Shown: positions 11,199 to 21,388 of the stretch, piece by piece
Layout: the number at the start of each line of letters is the position of its first letter
Position numbering within the stretch: the first letter of the stretch is position 1
Assembly (NCBI GenBank): GCA_963719515.1
Contig: CAVRCJ010000006.1
Location: forward strand, 288,001 to 352,000
Direction: 5' to 3'
Origin: an uncultured cyanobacterium
Lineage (GTDB): Bacteria; Cyanobacteriota; Cyanobacteriia; CAKZMO01
DNA length: 64,000 nucleotides
Translations under genes and position numbers: made by a program
Notes under the pieces: model-generated
Told to the model about the DNA's origin: nothing
What the model saw: the letters and a program-made list of their open reading frames with translations, nothing else
Database searches by the model: none

Positions 11199-11234
11199 AA
11201 ACCCCCCGTATTCTTGAAGAATACGGGGGGTTTT
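11199..11234. terminator. Bidirectional intrinsic terminator between convergent ilvC and dps
   Basis: aaaccccccgtattc-ttgaa-gaatacggggggtttt inverted repeat with A/T tails on both sides. Confidence 0.85.
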
Positions 11235-11254
11235 GTCAGCGAAAGGCTGGCGCT

Positions 11255-11785
11255 CTACTTGGCAGCTTCAACCAGGTGGGCTTCCAAGAACCACAGCCGC
11301 ATATCCGCCGTCCGGGAAATCTCGGTATACAGATCTGCGGTGTCTTTATCTCCTAGCTCATCGCAGGCGTCGATTCCGGCGCGGAGGTGGGCGGCGTAGC
11401 TACCGTAGCGGTCTGCCAAGGCGACGACGTGATCTCGGCCGCTGACGGCATCGTAGGGATATTCCTCTAGAACAGATTCTTCAGCAGCAGTGCGGGCCGT
11501 TCCCATGGCGATTCCGGCTAGGGCAGTGACGCGCTCGGCAACCATATCAACGTACTCCTCAAGCTCTGTCGCCATCTCGTCGAACAGCTCATGGAGCTGA
11601 TAGAAATTCATCCCCTTGACGTTCCAGTGAGCTTGCTTGACCTGGGTTTTGAGGTCTAACGTCGTTGCTAGGGTTTTGTTGAGATGAGCGATAACAGATT
11701 GGCGGACGTCAGCCGGTAAGTCTATCCGCGTGGGATACTGGCGGCGTTCCGCTTGAACATCATGGCGAGAAACTGTTGCGGTCAT
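11255..11785 (-). CDS. dps: Dps family DNA starvation/stationary phase protection protein
   Basis: KQAHWNVKG.NFYQLHELFD, D.VAER, LWFLEAH; start taken at MTATVS (11785). Confidence 0.95.
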   Translation of the reverse strand: MTATVSRHDVQAERRQYPTRIDLPADVRQSVIAHLNKTLATTLDLKTQVKQAHWNVKGMNFYQLHELFDEMATELEEYVDMVAERVTALAGIAMGTARTAAEESVLEEYPYDAVSGRDHVVALADRYGSYAAHLRAGIDACDELGDKDTADLYTEISRTADMRLWFLEAHLVEAAK

Positions 11786-12009
11786 AGCTTTGCTCCAGTG
11801 AATGTTTGAGCGGTTTAAGCTGCTGGACGACAATGGGCGACTAGTCTGCGCTGAACGTCGGCAGAACTTTGACGAGCGAGCTTGCGAGTCGTGCTGTCGT
11901 CTAGCACTACAATAATCATACTCATAACGACTTCGCTTTGCAAGCCAGAATGCCAACCGCTGCTGACTGGGTCCATAGAGCCTCAGCAGCTATAGCGTGA
12001 TTTCATCTA

Positions 12010-12960
12010 TCAGGCGGCTGGGTCTAGGGTGAAGATATCAACCTCGCCATAGAGCTGCACGGTAATCTCGGCAGTGGCTGCTTGAATCCGGTCTATTTCA
12101 CTGCTGGAGAGCTTCTCTTTCCAAGCGTATAGCGTAGACTGCCGGCTCCTGGGCTGATAGAACACTGAGGTCGACTCCTCGGCATTGGCGTCGGACGTAT
12201 ATTTGTTGACGTAGCGTAGAATTTTGCTATCTAGGTCTAAGTCGAGATAGTCAAAAATTCTTTGGAACTGGTATTGTGGCTCCATAACAACGTCTTCATG
12301 TCTTACAAAAAACCAGTTTGGATATTGATCCCGGTACTTCAATATGACGGAGTTGAGGATTTTCCACAAAAGTATAGCTCTGTCGATAAAGTCCCCTGCG
12401 GTTTTATCAGCGCATAGCGCATCAATTTGGTCAGTGAAGTCGCTTAGCAAGCCTGTCATTAAGGCATCCTGCTTGCGCAGATTTTCAAAGTCAAAGTCCC
12501 ACCCGGCAGCTTTTACGCTGCTTACAAAGGCGAAGGGATTTCGAATCATGCAGATGACTTTGAAGTCGTATGTTTCGTATAGCCAGCCTGCGGATAGGAG
12601 CGCCAGCGGGTCTTTAACAAGAATCCGAGGCCTCAATAGCTCTAGGGCGAGATACTTGCTAAACTTTAAGGGAAGCTTTACGGTAATCCCGGCCGCCCTG
12701 CATTTTTCAATAGCGCCCTGTATGGGATTTGATAGCAAAAGACTGTCGAACGATGACGCTATTTCTTCTTTTTGATCAGAAGATTCAAAATGCGTAAACC
12801 AAGTATCCAGTTTTAAGCTGACGATCTCGTCTGGATAATGAACGTGAAACGGCTCTTGCACATATCTTACTTTTGAATGTTGCGAAATTGTTTTCCCAAT
12901 CCAGGTTGTTCCGGAGCGATGACAGCCGGTCACAAGAATGGGAGAATTATTGTCTTTCAT
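12010..12960 (-). CDS. Sulfotransferase family protein
   Basis: PAPS-binding GCHRSGTT loop, KDP, RNP...S, RHED motifs. Confidence 0.88.
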   Translation of the reverse strand: MKDNNSPILVTGCHRSGTTWIGKTISQHSKVRYVQEPFHVHYPDEIVSLKLDTWFTHFESSDQKEEIASSFDSLLLSNPIQGAIEKCRAAGITVKLPLKFSKYLALELLRPRILVKDPLALLSAGWLYETYDFKVICMIRNPFAFVSSVKAAGWDFDFENLRKQDALMTGLLSDFTDQIDALCADKTAGDFIDRAILLWKILNSVILKYRDQYPNWFFVRHEDVVMEPQYQFQRIFDYLDLDLDSKILRYVNKYTSDANAEESTSVFYQPRSRQSTLYAWKEKLSSSEIDRIQAATAEITVQLYGEVDIFTLDPAA

Positions 12961-13355
12961 AAAAATAAGTGTAAGAAATTCCTAGGATGAAGATTTAAAG
13001 TCTAGGTAGTAAGGATTTAGACTTTGGGAGATATTGCCTTTGAATTTATTTTCTTAAACATCTTATATAATCCATTCGCCCTAGTAACTACAGTCGCTAC
13101 ATAAAGTGAGATTGTCAATGTCCCTTAGGCATAGAGGTCTAAAGATCGGTCGAGACTGTTGCTTACGAGCTTGGTCCGTCGGAGCTGTCTTTTGACCTCA
13201 GAATAACTGAAGCAGAATTGGCAGCATAGTCTGGAGCGAGGTCAGATGTCTCAGCTTTGTTTTCTATTCACAATTCTGCCCAGTTTGCAAAAGACCTAAC
13301 CGGCTGCTGCCTCAGCTGTAGCCATTGCACCAAACGAGCCAAGCAGCCTCAAAGC

Positions 13356-13937
13356 CTAAATCCTTAGCGCCTCAATACGGCGAAAATCTTGCTCCACCTC
13401 TAGCCATAGCGCTCGGTTGTGGGGATCGGTGCGCAGAGCTTTCTTCAAGTAGCTATGAGCCTTCGTTGACTGTCCGTTCTTGATCAGAGCACGGGCCCAG
13501 CGCTGATAGGCGATCGCCTGCCACTGCCGCACCTCCGAGTCATCCGGTAGGCGTTGAGCGAGCCCCTCGACCAAGGTCACCGCACGGGGGAACCGCTGCT
13601 CTTTGAGACATTGCTGCAGCTGACTGTAGACATGATGCTTGAGCTTGCGATCCGCATTCGATAGGGTCGTAGCCGGGGAGGGCGGCACGGCGCTAACTCG
13701 AGCCGGGGACGCAGGGGGGCGGGGAAGCGGTTCTGCTGCTTCGCTAGGGCCGAGAGCTGCCATCAGCGCCTTGTAGGCTACCGTTAGCTGAATGAACTGC
13801 TCTTTGGACCACTGCGCATCAGCAGCACTAACGTCGGGATGAAACCGCCTCGCCAAGCGTCGATAAGACGCCTTGACATCAGCAGAAGTTGCGCCCTTGG
13901 ATAGCTCTAGGAGTCGGTAATACTCGGCTAGGTCCAT
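13356..13937 (-). CDS. DnaJ-domain protein with C-terminal TPR-like helices
   Basis: J-domain with HPD motif (RRFHPDV). Confidence 0.9.
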   Translation of the reverse strand: MDLAEYYRLLELSKGATSADVKASYRRLARRFHPDVSAADAQWSKEQFIQLTVAYKALMAALGPSEAAEPLPRPPASPARVSAVPPSPATTLSNADRKLKHHVYSQLQQCLKEQRFPRAVTLVEGLAQRLPDDSEVRQWQAIAYQRWARALIKNGQSTKAHSYLKKALRTDPHNRALWLEVEQDFRRIEALRI

Positions 13938-13957
13938 ACCCTGCTAAATCGGTTTTC

Positions 13958-14563
13958 CTACGCCGCTTCGGCAGGGCTTTCCACCACTTGGTCAATCAAT
14001 CCATATGCCTCAGCCTCTTTCGCAGAGAGAAAATAGTCGCGGTCGGTGTCTTTCTCAATTTGATCCAGCGATCGCCCCGTATGTTGGGCCAGCATCTCGT
14101 TAAGCTCCTGACGCACCCGCAAAATCTGCCGGGCCTCAATATCAATATCAGTCGCCTGACTACGGCCAATACCGCCCATAGGTTGGTGAATCATAATGCG
14201 GGAGTGGGGCAGAGCCAACCGTTTGCCGGGTGTACCGGCAGCAAGCAAAAATGCGCCCATCGAAGCCGCCAGACCGACGCAGATGGTCACCACCTCAGAC
14301 TTAATGTGCTGCATGGTATCGTAAATCGCCATGCCTGCTGTCACCGAGCCACCAGGAGAATTGATGTAGAGGTAGATAGGCTTACCGGGATCTTCAGAAT
14401 CAAGGTAAAGCATGTAGGCCACGATGGCATTGGCAATGCCGTCGTCAACCTCTTCGGCTAGGAAAATGATGCGCTCTCGAAACAGCCGCTCGTAGATGCT
14501 GATCCACTGCTCGTAGGTACTGCCGGGAAGCTTGTAAGGAACGCTAGGAACGCCAATAGGCAT
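13958..14563 (-). CDS. clpP: ATP-dependent Clp protease proteolytic subunit (ClpP3-like, catalytically intact)
   Basis: YINSPGG, AASMG (catalytic Ser), IMIHQP (catalytic His). Confidence 0.95.
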   Translation of the reverse strand: MPIGVPSVPYKLPGSTYEQWISIYERLFRERIIFLAEEVDDGIANAIVAYMLYLDSEDPGKPIYLYINSPGGSVTAGMAIYDTMQHIKSEVVTICVGLAASMGAFLLAAGTPGKRLALPHSRIMIHQPMGGIGRSQATDIDIEARQILRVRQELNEMLAQHTGRSLDQIEKDTDRDYFLSAKEAEAYGLIDQVVESPAEAA

Positions 14564-14624
14564 GGGAGTCTACCAAATGAAGAATAACTAAAGGGCATGA
14601 GGGGCGCGAGAGGGCACCTCAACG

Positions 14625-15260
14625 CTAATTGGACTGAAGAACTTCATCAATTAGCCCGTAGTCCTGAGCCTCTTGGGGAGACATATAGAACATGCGGTTC
14701 ATGTCGCGCTCAATCTTTTCAACCGGCTGTCCCGTGTTTTGGGAAAAGATATCAAGGACTAGATCGCGCTTAGCCAGCACCTGAGCGGCATTGATTTGAA
14801 TATCGGTCGCCTGTCCCTGGGTGCCTGAAACGGCGTGGTTGAATGCGATTGTCGCGTGGGGCAAGCTGGCGCGCTTCCCTTTGCTCCCTGAAGAGAGCAG
14901 TAGCGCTGCCATGCCAACGGCCTGCCCCAAACAGATGGTTACAACATCCGACTTGATTTGCTGCAGGGTGTCATAGATGGCCATCCCGGCCACCACGGAG
15001 GATAGACCTGCGGCCACTGAACTGAGTCCGGCGCTGACGGGATCACCAATCGAGTTGATGTACAAGTAGATTGGCTTGCCAGGATCATCTGACTCCAAGT
15101 AAAGCACCGTGGAGATGACTGAATTTGCCACCCCATCTGTGATTGGCTGGTTGAGAAAAATGATTCGGTCCTGGCTCATGCGGGTGTAGATGTTAATCCA
15201 CTGCCACTGCTGGCTGCCGGGGATGTTATAGGGAACCCGAAGCGGGCGATCAACAGGCAT
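14625..15260 (-). CDS. Clp protease subunit lacking catalytic residues (ClpR-like paralog)
   Basis: ClpP fold, but AVGM in place of ASMG and IAFNHA in place of IMIHQP. Confidence 0.85.
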   Translation of the reverse strand: MPVDRPLRVPYNIPGSQQWQWINIYTRMSQDRIIFLNQPITDGVANSVISTVLYLESDDPGKPIYLYINSIGDPVSAGLSSVAAGLSSVVAGMAIYDTLQQIKSDVVTICLGQAVGMAALLLSSGSKGKRASLPHATIAFNHAVSGTQGQATDIQINAAQVLAKRDLVLDIFSQNTGQPVEKIERDMNRMFYMSPQEAQDYGLIDEVLQSN

Positions 15261-15322
15261 AGGTCAAACTGTGGTGTACGAAGTTGAATGCGATGTTCTA
15301 ACCGGGGCCAAAGATGCAGCGG

Positions 15323-16015
15323 CTAAGAGGCGATCGCTGAAAGGGGCTGAGGCAGTTCTTTGGCACTCTCTAGAACGCGGTCAATAATGCCGTAGGTCTT
15401 GGCCTCTTCCGGCGTCATGTAAAGCATTCGGTCTGTATCTTTTTCCAGCTTGTCCACGGTTTGACCCGTTGTGCCCGACAAAATGTCCAGCATGGCCCGA
15501 CGGTTTTGCAGCACCTCTTTGGCACGGATCTGGATATCAGTGGCCTGACCTCTCGCGCCCGAGCGAGCCTGGTTAAGCACGATCGTAGCGTGGGGTAGGC
15601 TCGCTCGGGAGCCCTTAGTACCCGCTGACAGAATCATCGCAGCCGTTCCCATTGCTTGCCCAAGACAGATGGTGTGCACGGGCGGTTTGATATATTGAAT
15701 GGTGTCGCAGATGGCGAAGGCTTCGGTTTCGTAGCCCACTGCATCTCCGGTGTACCACGAGGTGCCTGTGGAGTTGATGTAGAAGAAGATCGGCTTCTCG
15801 GCGTTATCAAACTGTAGGTACAGCAGCTGGGCAATAATGAGCTTAGTCACATCTACTCCCATCTGCCGCTTAGCGTCATCCGAGGAGAATAGCGGCAGAC
15901 CTAGGTAGACGATTCTCTCCTTAAGCAAAAGCGAAGGGAGGTCTGGCGGCGGTGTCCGGTAGGCAGCGTCTCCGCCATAGTAGGGCGACTGAACAGCCTT
16001 AATGGGTGAGGTCAT
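15323..16015 (-). CDS. clpR: Non-catalytic Clp subunit ClpR
   Basis: RTPPPDLPSLLLKERIVYLG N-terminus; AMGT and IVLNQ replace the catalytic Ser/His motifs. Confidence 0.9.
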   Translation of the reverse strand: MTSPIKAVQSPYYGGDAAYRTPPPDLPSLLLKERIVYLGLPLFSSDDAKRQMGVDVTKLIIAQLLYLQFDNAEKPIFFYINSTGTSWYTGDAVGYETEAFAICDTIQYIKPPVHTICLGQAMGTAAMILSAGTKGSRASLPHATIVLNQARSGARGQATDIQIRAKEVLQNRRAMLDILSGTTGQTVDKLEKDTDRMLYMTPEEAKTYGIIDRVLESAKELPQPLSAIAS

Positions 16016-16205
16016 AGTAGAGTTAGCGTGACGTGACGTGACAGCAGTACTATTTAACGTATAGAAACCATAGTAGCGTGGTCACTGTGCGAGTGTTAGC
16101 GGTCTGGCGGGGATTACTGAGCCTGCTGTGGTACGGAGAACCGCCCTCTGTAGGGAAAAAGGAAACTTTCTGAGCGCGATTAATTTGGCGCGCAGGCGAG
16201 TTAAA

Positions 16206-16238
16206 CCAGCCGTCAAGCTAAATTAGCTTGACGGCTGG
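16206..16238. terminator. 15-bp perfect stem-loop downstream of rbp
   Basis: ccagccgtcaagcta-aat-tagcttgacggctgg. Confidence 0.7.
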
Positions 16239-16345
16239 CAAATACGCCTCCTCTAGGTTGAGCAAGGGGGGGCTACGACTCAACCTAGCTTTGGTTTATT
16301 ATCTGGGTAAGTTCCAAAAGACTGGAAATGAAGCTCAGCTTCGGA

Positions 16346-16627
16346 TTAGCGGCCGTAGTTACTCCGACCGCCGCTAGGACGAGGTTCGCGAGGCTTGGCC
16401 TTGTTGACCTTCAAGTTGCGACCCATCCATTCAGCACCATCAAGATCTTCAATCGCAACTTCTTCCTTAGATTCATCCTCAAGCTCCACAAAAGCAAAAC
16501 CGCGGGGACGACCGGTTTCGCGATCAGTGGGTAGGCTAACGCGGCTGACGTTGCCATACTCGGCAAACACCTGAGTCAAGTCGTCGCGGGTAATATCGTA
16601 AGACAGGTTTCCAACATAAATAGACAT
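16346..16627 (-). CDS. rbp: RRM RNA-binding protein (cyanobacterial Rbp family)
   Basis: MSIYVGNL (RNP2), RGFAFVE (RNP1), short Gly-rich tail. Confidence 0.95.
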   Translation of the reverse strand: MSIYVGNLSYDITRDDLTQVFAEYGNVSRVSLPTDRETGRPRGFAFVELEDESKEEVAIEDLDGAEWMGRNLKVNKAKPREPRPSGGRSNYGR

Positions 16628-16992
16628 CAGGACATCTCCCAATCAAAACTGTAAAGCGAGTTATACGGAGTTGTACCTGAGACGAGTTTGCAACAAGCTT
16701 GGCCAACCGAAAACTAGCCATGCCAATTATAACATCCTCAAAAATTTGACTGCTACCGTTTTTTGAGGGTTGTCATCGTTCTATTGAATTTGTAAACTAG
16801 CCCTCGCAAAATCAATTTATTTTTGTAACAATGCCGCACATGGGAACTTGAGCAATGCTAGCAAAGGTTATCTTGCATTGAAGCGCTGTAGGGTAAAAGA
16901 TAGGGTTTTCTCTATAGGCAAGACGCTATGTTCTAAAGTGATTTTCGCCAGACCTGTATCGCGACGTCAAAAGGAGTTTGTAGGGGTTGGAG

Positions 16993-17448
16993 ATGACAGT
17001 TTCGTCTGATTTGTTTACGGCTCAAGAGCGGATCGAATCTCTCAAAGCTGGAGTGCTGACGGGCGCGATCGCCATCGGTCCGGCTTTGGGTTTCCCTCTT
17101 TTAAGCAAGGTGGTGAGCGGTGTAGATTATGGCCTTGCCCTGCTGCCCAACGCGGCAGATACTGTCCCCCTAGTTTTTGCCGTTGTCTCTAGCGCCCTGT
17201 TCGGTATCACCTACCGCTATGTCGTGCGCCAAGACCACAACCCTCAGCTCGCCGCTGGGGTTGTGGGGGCCTTTGGTTTAGTACGAGGGCTCGCCCAGAT
17301 AGAGACTGGCATAGGGGGAGCGGCCGGGTGGGTGCTGGCGCTAAAGCTAGGGGAGAGCATGGCGCTGTTCGCGATCGCTCAGTTCGGGCTACAGATAGCG
17401 CTACAGCGGCGATGGCTTCAGCCTTTTGGGGCAGCCCCGCGGCCTTGA
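16993..17448 (+). CDS. Conserved hypothetical membrane protein
   Basis: ERIESLKAG, LFGITYRYVVRQD.NPQL, AFGLVRGLA motifs; several TM segments. Confidence 0.75.
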   Translation: MTVSSDLFTAQERIESLKAGVLTGAIAIGPALGFPLLSKVVSGVDYGLALLPNAADTVPLVFAVVSSALFGITYRYVVRQDHNPQLAAGVVGAFGLVRGLAQIETGIGGAAGWVLALKLGESMALFAIAQFGLQIALQRRWLQPFGAAPRP

Positions 17449-17451
17449 GCG

Positions 17452-17508
17452 GTCAGCTTCAAGGGGCCAATCTCAGGTGACCAGCTTCAAGAGACCAGCT
17501 TCAAGGGG
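17452..17508. repeat. Degenerate short repeats (ccagcttcaag) between convergent genes
   Basis: cagcttcaag occurs three times in about 55 bp. Confidence 0.6.
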
Positions 17509-18573
17509 CTACTCAAGGCTGTGGGTGCGCATCGTTTGAGTATGTATGAGCTGAGAGAGAAAGTATTGGGCGATTAGGGTGGGATGCTCCGCCTCCATGA
17601 TGGCCCTGACGACGGCGACGCGGGTCGCCCCCCCTCCCAGCACGCTGCCGAGGTTGTCGGTATTGATGCCGCCGATGCAAAACCAGGGCACGGTGGCATT
17701 CTTTTGGGCGTGGCGCACGTAGGACAGTCCCGCTGCCGCTTTGCCCGCTTTGGTCGGCGTTTCGTACACTGGGCCTACCCCAATGTAGTCTGCACCCTCC
17801 TGCAGCGCCTGCTCCATTTCCTTTGGGCTCGTGGTGGACTTGCCAACGATGCAGTGTGGACCGAGCATCTGCCGCGCTAAGGCTACGGGCATGTCGTGCT
17901 GCCCCAGGTGAACGCCGTCAGCCCCCACGGCAAGCGCTAGATCCACTCGGTCATTCATAAGGAACAGCGCGTCATACTCGTGGCAGAGCTGCTTGAGCTG
18001 CTTGGCGTGGCGGAGCCGCGTTTTGTCGTCAGCAGTTTTGTCGCGGTACTGCACCAGCGGTAATCCACCCTGCAGCGCGGCCTCTACCACCGATATCAGA
18101 TTGTCTTGGGGAGAGGTCACCAGATACAGCTGCGATCGCAGTAGCTTTTGGTGGCGCTGGTGTCCCAAGAGTCGGCTCTCTAGGGTGTAAATGTCGTAGC
18201 GCATTTGCTTACAGCTCGCCGCCATGTCGCTTCGATAGAGCTTACCGTATTCTTCTAAAACTCTGAGCGCTTCTTCCACACGGCAAAAGTTAGCCTGCAG
18301 CAACTGCTCTAGGCCGCTGCGGCTGGCCTCTCTAGGGTGAGTGAGGTCAGTTCCGGGGTCGTCGGGCGTATTGCGGGCCGCCCGCAGTTCAGGGGTGTGC
18401 CAGCGGGCAAGGGCTTGACGCATATCTTTGCACTGCCCTGAGAAGCCCGCATCTTTAAGACCAAAGCGGCACCACTCTTCGATAATCCTCAGTCCTTCGC
18501 GCGCCCGGTCTAGGTTGGCGTCTAGAATGCGATAAACCACGTCTGACGATTCAGACGGCTGATAGTCTGTCAT
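17509..18573 (-). CDS. thiE: Thiamine-phosphate synthase, cyanobacterial long form
   Basis: N-terminal RILDANLDRAREGLR extension; QYRDK, NDRVD, GVHLGQ.D, TPTK motifs. Confidence 0.95.
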   Translation of the reverse strand: MTDYQPSESSDVVYRILDANLDRAREGLRIIEEWCRFGLKDAGFSGQCKDMRQALARWHTPELRAARNTPDDPGTDLTHPREASRSGLEQLLQANFCRVEEALRVLEEYGKLYRSDMAASCKQMRYDIYTLESRLLGHQRHQKLLRSQLYLVTSPQDNLISVVEAALQGGLPLVQYRDKTADDKTRLRHAKQLKQLCHEYDALFLMNDRVDLALAVGADGVHLGQHDMPVALARQMLGPHCIVGKSTTSPKEMEQALQEGADYIGVGPVYETPTKAGKAAAGLSYVRHAQKNATVPWFCIGGINTDNLGSVLGGGATRVAVVRAIMEAEHPTLIAQYFLSQLIHTQTMRTHSLE

Positions 18574-18831
18574 TGAAGCCCAATCCCCGTACTTACAGCA
18601 CTGTTTTGATGATCACAGCTCGATTTTCGCTTTGATCTTAGCGGGCGTGCTGCTGAAAAGAAATGTATCTCTTTCTACGGGCTCTCGGCTAGGGGTCCGG
18701 CTGTTTTAAGGTGGGTCAGTGGGTCAAAGGTCTAGGAATGGGGATTCTATCTGCTGCGTCCTTCGCTGCAGGCGGTGTCCTTGCCGTTGTTATCAAACTT
18801 GGCGAATGGAATTTCGTGAGTCAGAGTTTTT

Positions 18832-20268
18832 GTGAATCAGAATGCTGTGAATCAGGCTAACAGACCCCTAGTTGATGCGCTCCGCCGCGCCAGCCAGCGC
18901 TCCCACGCCTCTTTCTATACGCCAGGCCACAAAGGGGGGCAAGCGTCGCCCTTGCGTTCCTGGTGGGGGGAAAACGTGCTGGCGGCGGACCTGCCGGAGC
19001 TGCCAGAGCTAGACAACCTGTTCGCCCCTGCTGGCCCGATCCGCGACGCCCAGACGCTCGCCGCCGCTGCCTTTGGCGCAGAGCAGACCTGGTTTCTCGC
19101 CAATGGCTCCACCGCTGGGGTCGTTGCCGCTATTTTGGCCACCTGCACCCCTGGCGATCGCCTCATTGTGCCGCGCAACGTCCATCAGTCGGTGGTATCA
19201 GGGCTGATTCTCTCGGGGGCATGGCCGGTGTTTGTGCCGCCTGTCTGCGCTCCCGACTGGGGCCTCGCCCTAGGCGTAGCGCCTGAGACCGTCGCCGCTG
19301 CCCTGAGGCGGACCCCGGCCAAGGCCGTCCTAGTGGTCTCGCCCACCTACTACGGCACCGGCAGTGACTTGGCCGCGATCGCCGATCTGGCCCACAGCCA
19401 CGGGGTTCCGCTGCTTGTAGACGAGGCCCATGGCGCTCATTTTGCGGCCCACCCCGACCTGCCGCCCACGGCCTTAGCGGCAGGGGCAGATGTGGTGATT
19501 CAATCCACCCACAAGACCCTTTCGGCCCTCACCCAAAGCGCTATGCTTCACCAACAGGGACAGCGTCTCTCCGGCAGTCGGCTGAGCCAAGCACTTCAGC
19601 TTGTGCAGTCTACCAGCCCTAACGCCCTGCTGCTCGCGTCCCTCGATGCTGCTCGCCACCAGCTAGCGACCCAGGGAAAGGTGCTGCTGACCCAGACCCT
19701 AGCCCTCAGCGCTCTAGCCCGCGAGCGGTTGGCGACTTTGCCTCCCCTGCGCGTGCTCACTCCGACAGCGGCCCTACCCTTCTCCTTGGACCTAACCCGC
19801 CTTACCGTTGACGTTTCTGGGCTGGGAATGACGGGATTTGAGGTGGATGAGTGGCTGCACGAGCGAGGGGTGACGGCGGAACTACCGGAGCCGCGATCGC
19901 TGACGTTTATTTTGAGCCTGGGAACGAGTCAGGCAGATGTGGCGCAGCTGGTGGCCAGATTCACTGACCTGGTGGCGACAGCCTCAGAAGAGGCCGCCCA
20001 AGTTTCCGCCGTAGAGCTGCCGATCCCCACCCTAGGCTGCTCCCCGCGAGACGCCTTTTTCGCCGATGGGGAAGTTGTGGCCGTGGAGTTAGCGGTAGGA
20101 CGTACTTGCAAGGCCACTATATGCCCCTACCCCCCCGGTATTCCAGCGCTGCTGCCGGGTGAAATCGTCTCAGCTGAGGTGGTAGCACGGCTGCAGGCGA
20201 TCGCAGCAAGCGGGGGCGTGATTACAGGCTGTGGCGCTGGTCTAGAGGCTGTAGAGGTGGTGAAATAG
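18832..20268 (+). CDS. PLP-dependent Orn/Lys/Arg decarboxylase family protein
   Basis: TPGHKGG, NGST, DEAHGAH, STHK (PLP lysine), PYPPGIP. Confidence 0.9.
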   Translation: MNQNAVNQANRPLVDALRRASQRSHASFYTPGHKGGQASPLRSWWGENVLAADLPELPELDNLFAPAGPIRDAQTLAAAAFGAEQTWFLANGSTAGVVAAILATCTPGDRLIVPRNVHQSVVSGLILSGAWPVFVPPVCAPDWGLALGVAPETVAAALRRTPAKAVLVVSPTYYGTGSDLAAIADLAHSHGVPLLVDEAHGAHFAAHPDLPPTALAAGADVVIQSTHKTLSALTQSAMLHQQGQRLSGSRLSQALQLVQSTSPNALLLASLDAARHQLATQGKVLLTQTLALSALARERLATLPPLRVLTPTAALPFSLDLTRLTVDVSGLGMTGFEVDEWLHERGVTAELPEPRSLTFILSLGTSQADVAQLVARFTDLVATASEEAAQVSAVELPIPTLGCSPRDAFFADGEVVAVELAVGRTCKATICPYPPGIPALLPGEIVSAEVVARLQAIAASGGVITGCGAGLEAVEVVK

Positions 20269-20416
20269 GACTCGCGCCAAGGGGAGTACTGCTTGGGGAT
20301 AATAGAGCAGTGATATTGACCCTCAAGCAGTGCGCCTCATTCTACGAGTGGCTCATAATAGGAAAGGCCCTGCTCTCTTTCTGTGGTGGGCGTCGCTCAC
20401 CTTTGCGTCAAATCCT

Positions 20417-21358
20417 ATGGCACATTCCGAATCCAAGCGCTCTATCTATGCGGCAATGGCGGCCAACGTCGCCATTGGCATCGCCAAGTTTATCGGGGCG
20501 GGCATCAGCGGCAGCTCGGCTATGCTCTCTGAAGGCATCCACTCTGTTGTGGACTCAGTCAATGAGGTGCTGCTGCTGTATGGCCTGAAACAAAGTGAGA
20601 TTGCCCCCGATGAGCAGTATCCTCTAGGCCGCGGGCAGGAGCTGTATTTTTGGTCGCTGATGGTCGCAGTGCTTATCTTTGCGCTAGGGGGCGGGATATC
20701 GGTTTACCAGGGGATTCAGAGCTTTCAGAATCCCGAGCCGGCCAGCAGTCCTCTGGTGAGCTACGGAGTGCTTGGGGCGGCGGCTCTTTTTGAGGGGGCG
20801 GCCCTTTTCGTTTCCATTCGAGAGTTTAATAAAAGCCGTTCCGAGAATGACGGGGGGCTGTGGCGCGCTATCCAAGAGAGCAAAGACCCCAGCAGCTTTA
20901 TCGTCATTGTTGAGGATACGGCGGCGCTAGCTGGCCTAACCATCGCGTTTGGGGGCGTTTGGCTCAGCGAAACCCTGGGCAACCCAGCGTATGATGCGAT
21001 CGCCTCTATGCTTATTGGCCTCCTGCTAACTATAGTCGCGACGGCCTTGGTGGCCAAGACGAAGGGGTTGTTGGTGGGCCAGAGCGCCTCTGAGGCCACT
21101 CGCACAAGCATTAGAACTATCGTTATGTCCGACGAGGCGGTGCTGGAAATGGGGCCTCCCATTACAATTCACTTTGGGCCAAGGGACGTGATGCTGGCCA
21201 TGAATATTGAGTTTGGGGATGACCTTTCGGCAGACGATATCGAAGCGGCGGTGCGGCGTATTGAGAAGGCGATTCGGCATAGCCACAGCGAGGTCAAGCG
21301 AATTTTTATTGAGGCGCAGGAGGCGGGCACTGAGTTTGAGGAAGTCGCTTTAAAGTAG
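20417..21358 (+). CDS. Cation diffusion facilitator family transporter
   Basis: SSAMLSEGIHSVVD, about 6 TM helices, C-terminal dimerisation domain; start taken at MAHSES. Confidence 0.9.
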   Translation: MAHSESKRSIYAAMAANVAIGIAKFIGAGISGSSAMLSEGIHSVVDSVNEVLLLYGLKQSEIAPDEQYPLGRGQELYFWSLMVAVLIFALGGGISVYQGIQSFQNPEPASSPLVSYGVLGAAALFEGAALFVSIREFNKSRSENDGGLWRAIQESKDPSSFIVIVEDTAALAGLTIAFGGVWLSETLGNPAYDAIASMLIGLLLTIVATALVAKTKGLLVGQSASEATRTSIRTIVMSDEAVLEMGPPITIHFGPRDVMLAMNIEFGDDLSADDIEAAVRRIEKAIRHSHSEVKRIFIEAQEAGTEFEEVALK

Positions 21359-21388
21359 GCCGCTCTTCTGATCCCAGGTCTGCAGCAG

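Noticed and set aside
11786..11956. 57-aa N-terminal extension of Dps in the ORF track
   Set aside because: Non-ATG start; MTATVS has a ggag RBS and gives the typical Dps length.
16824..16840. NtcA-like site tgtaacaatgccgcaca
   Set aside because: It does not fit GTA-N8-TAC.
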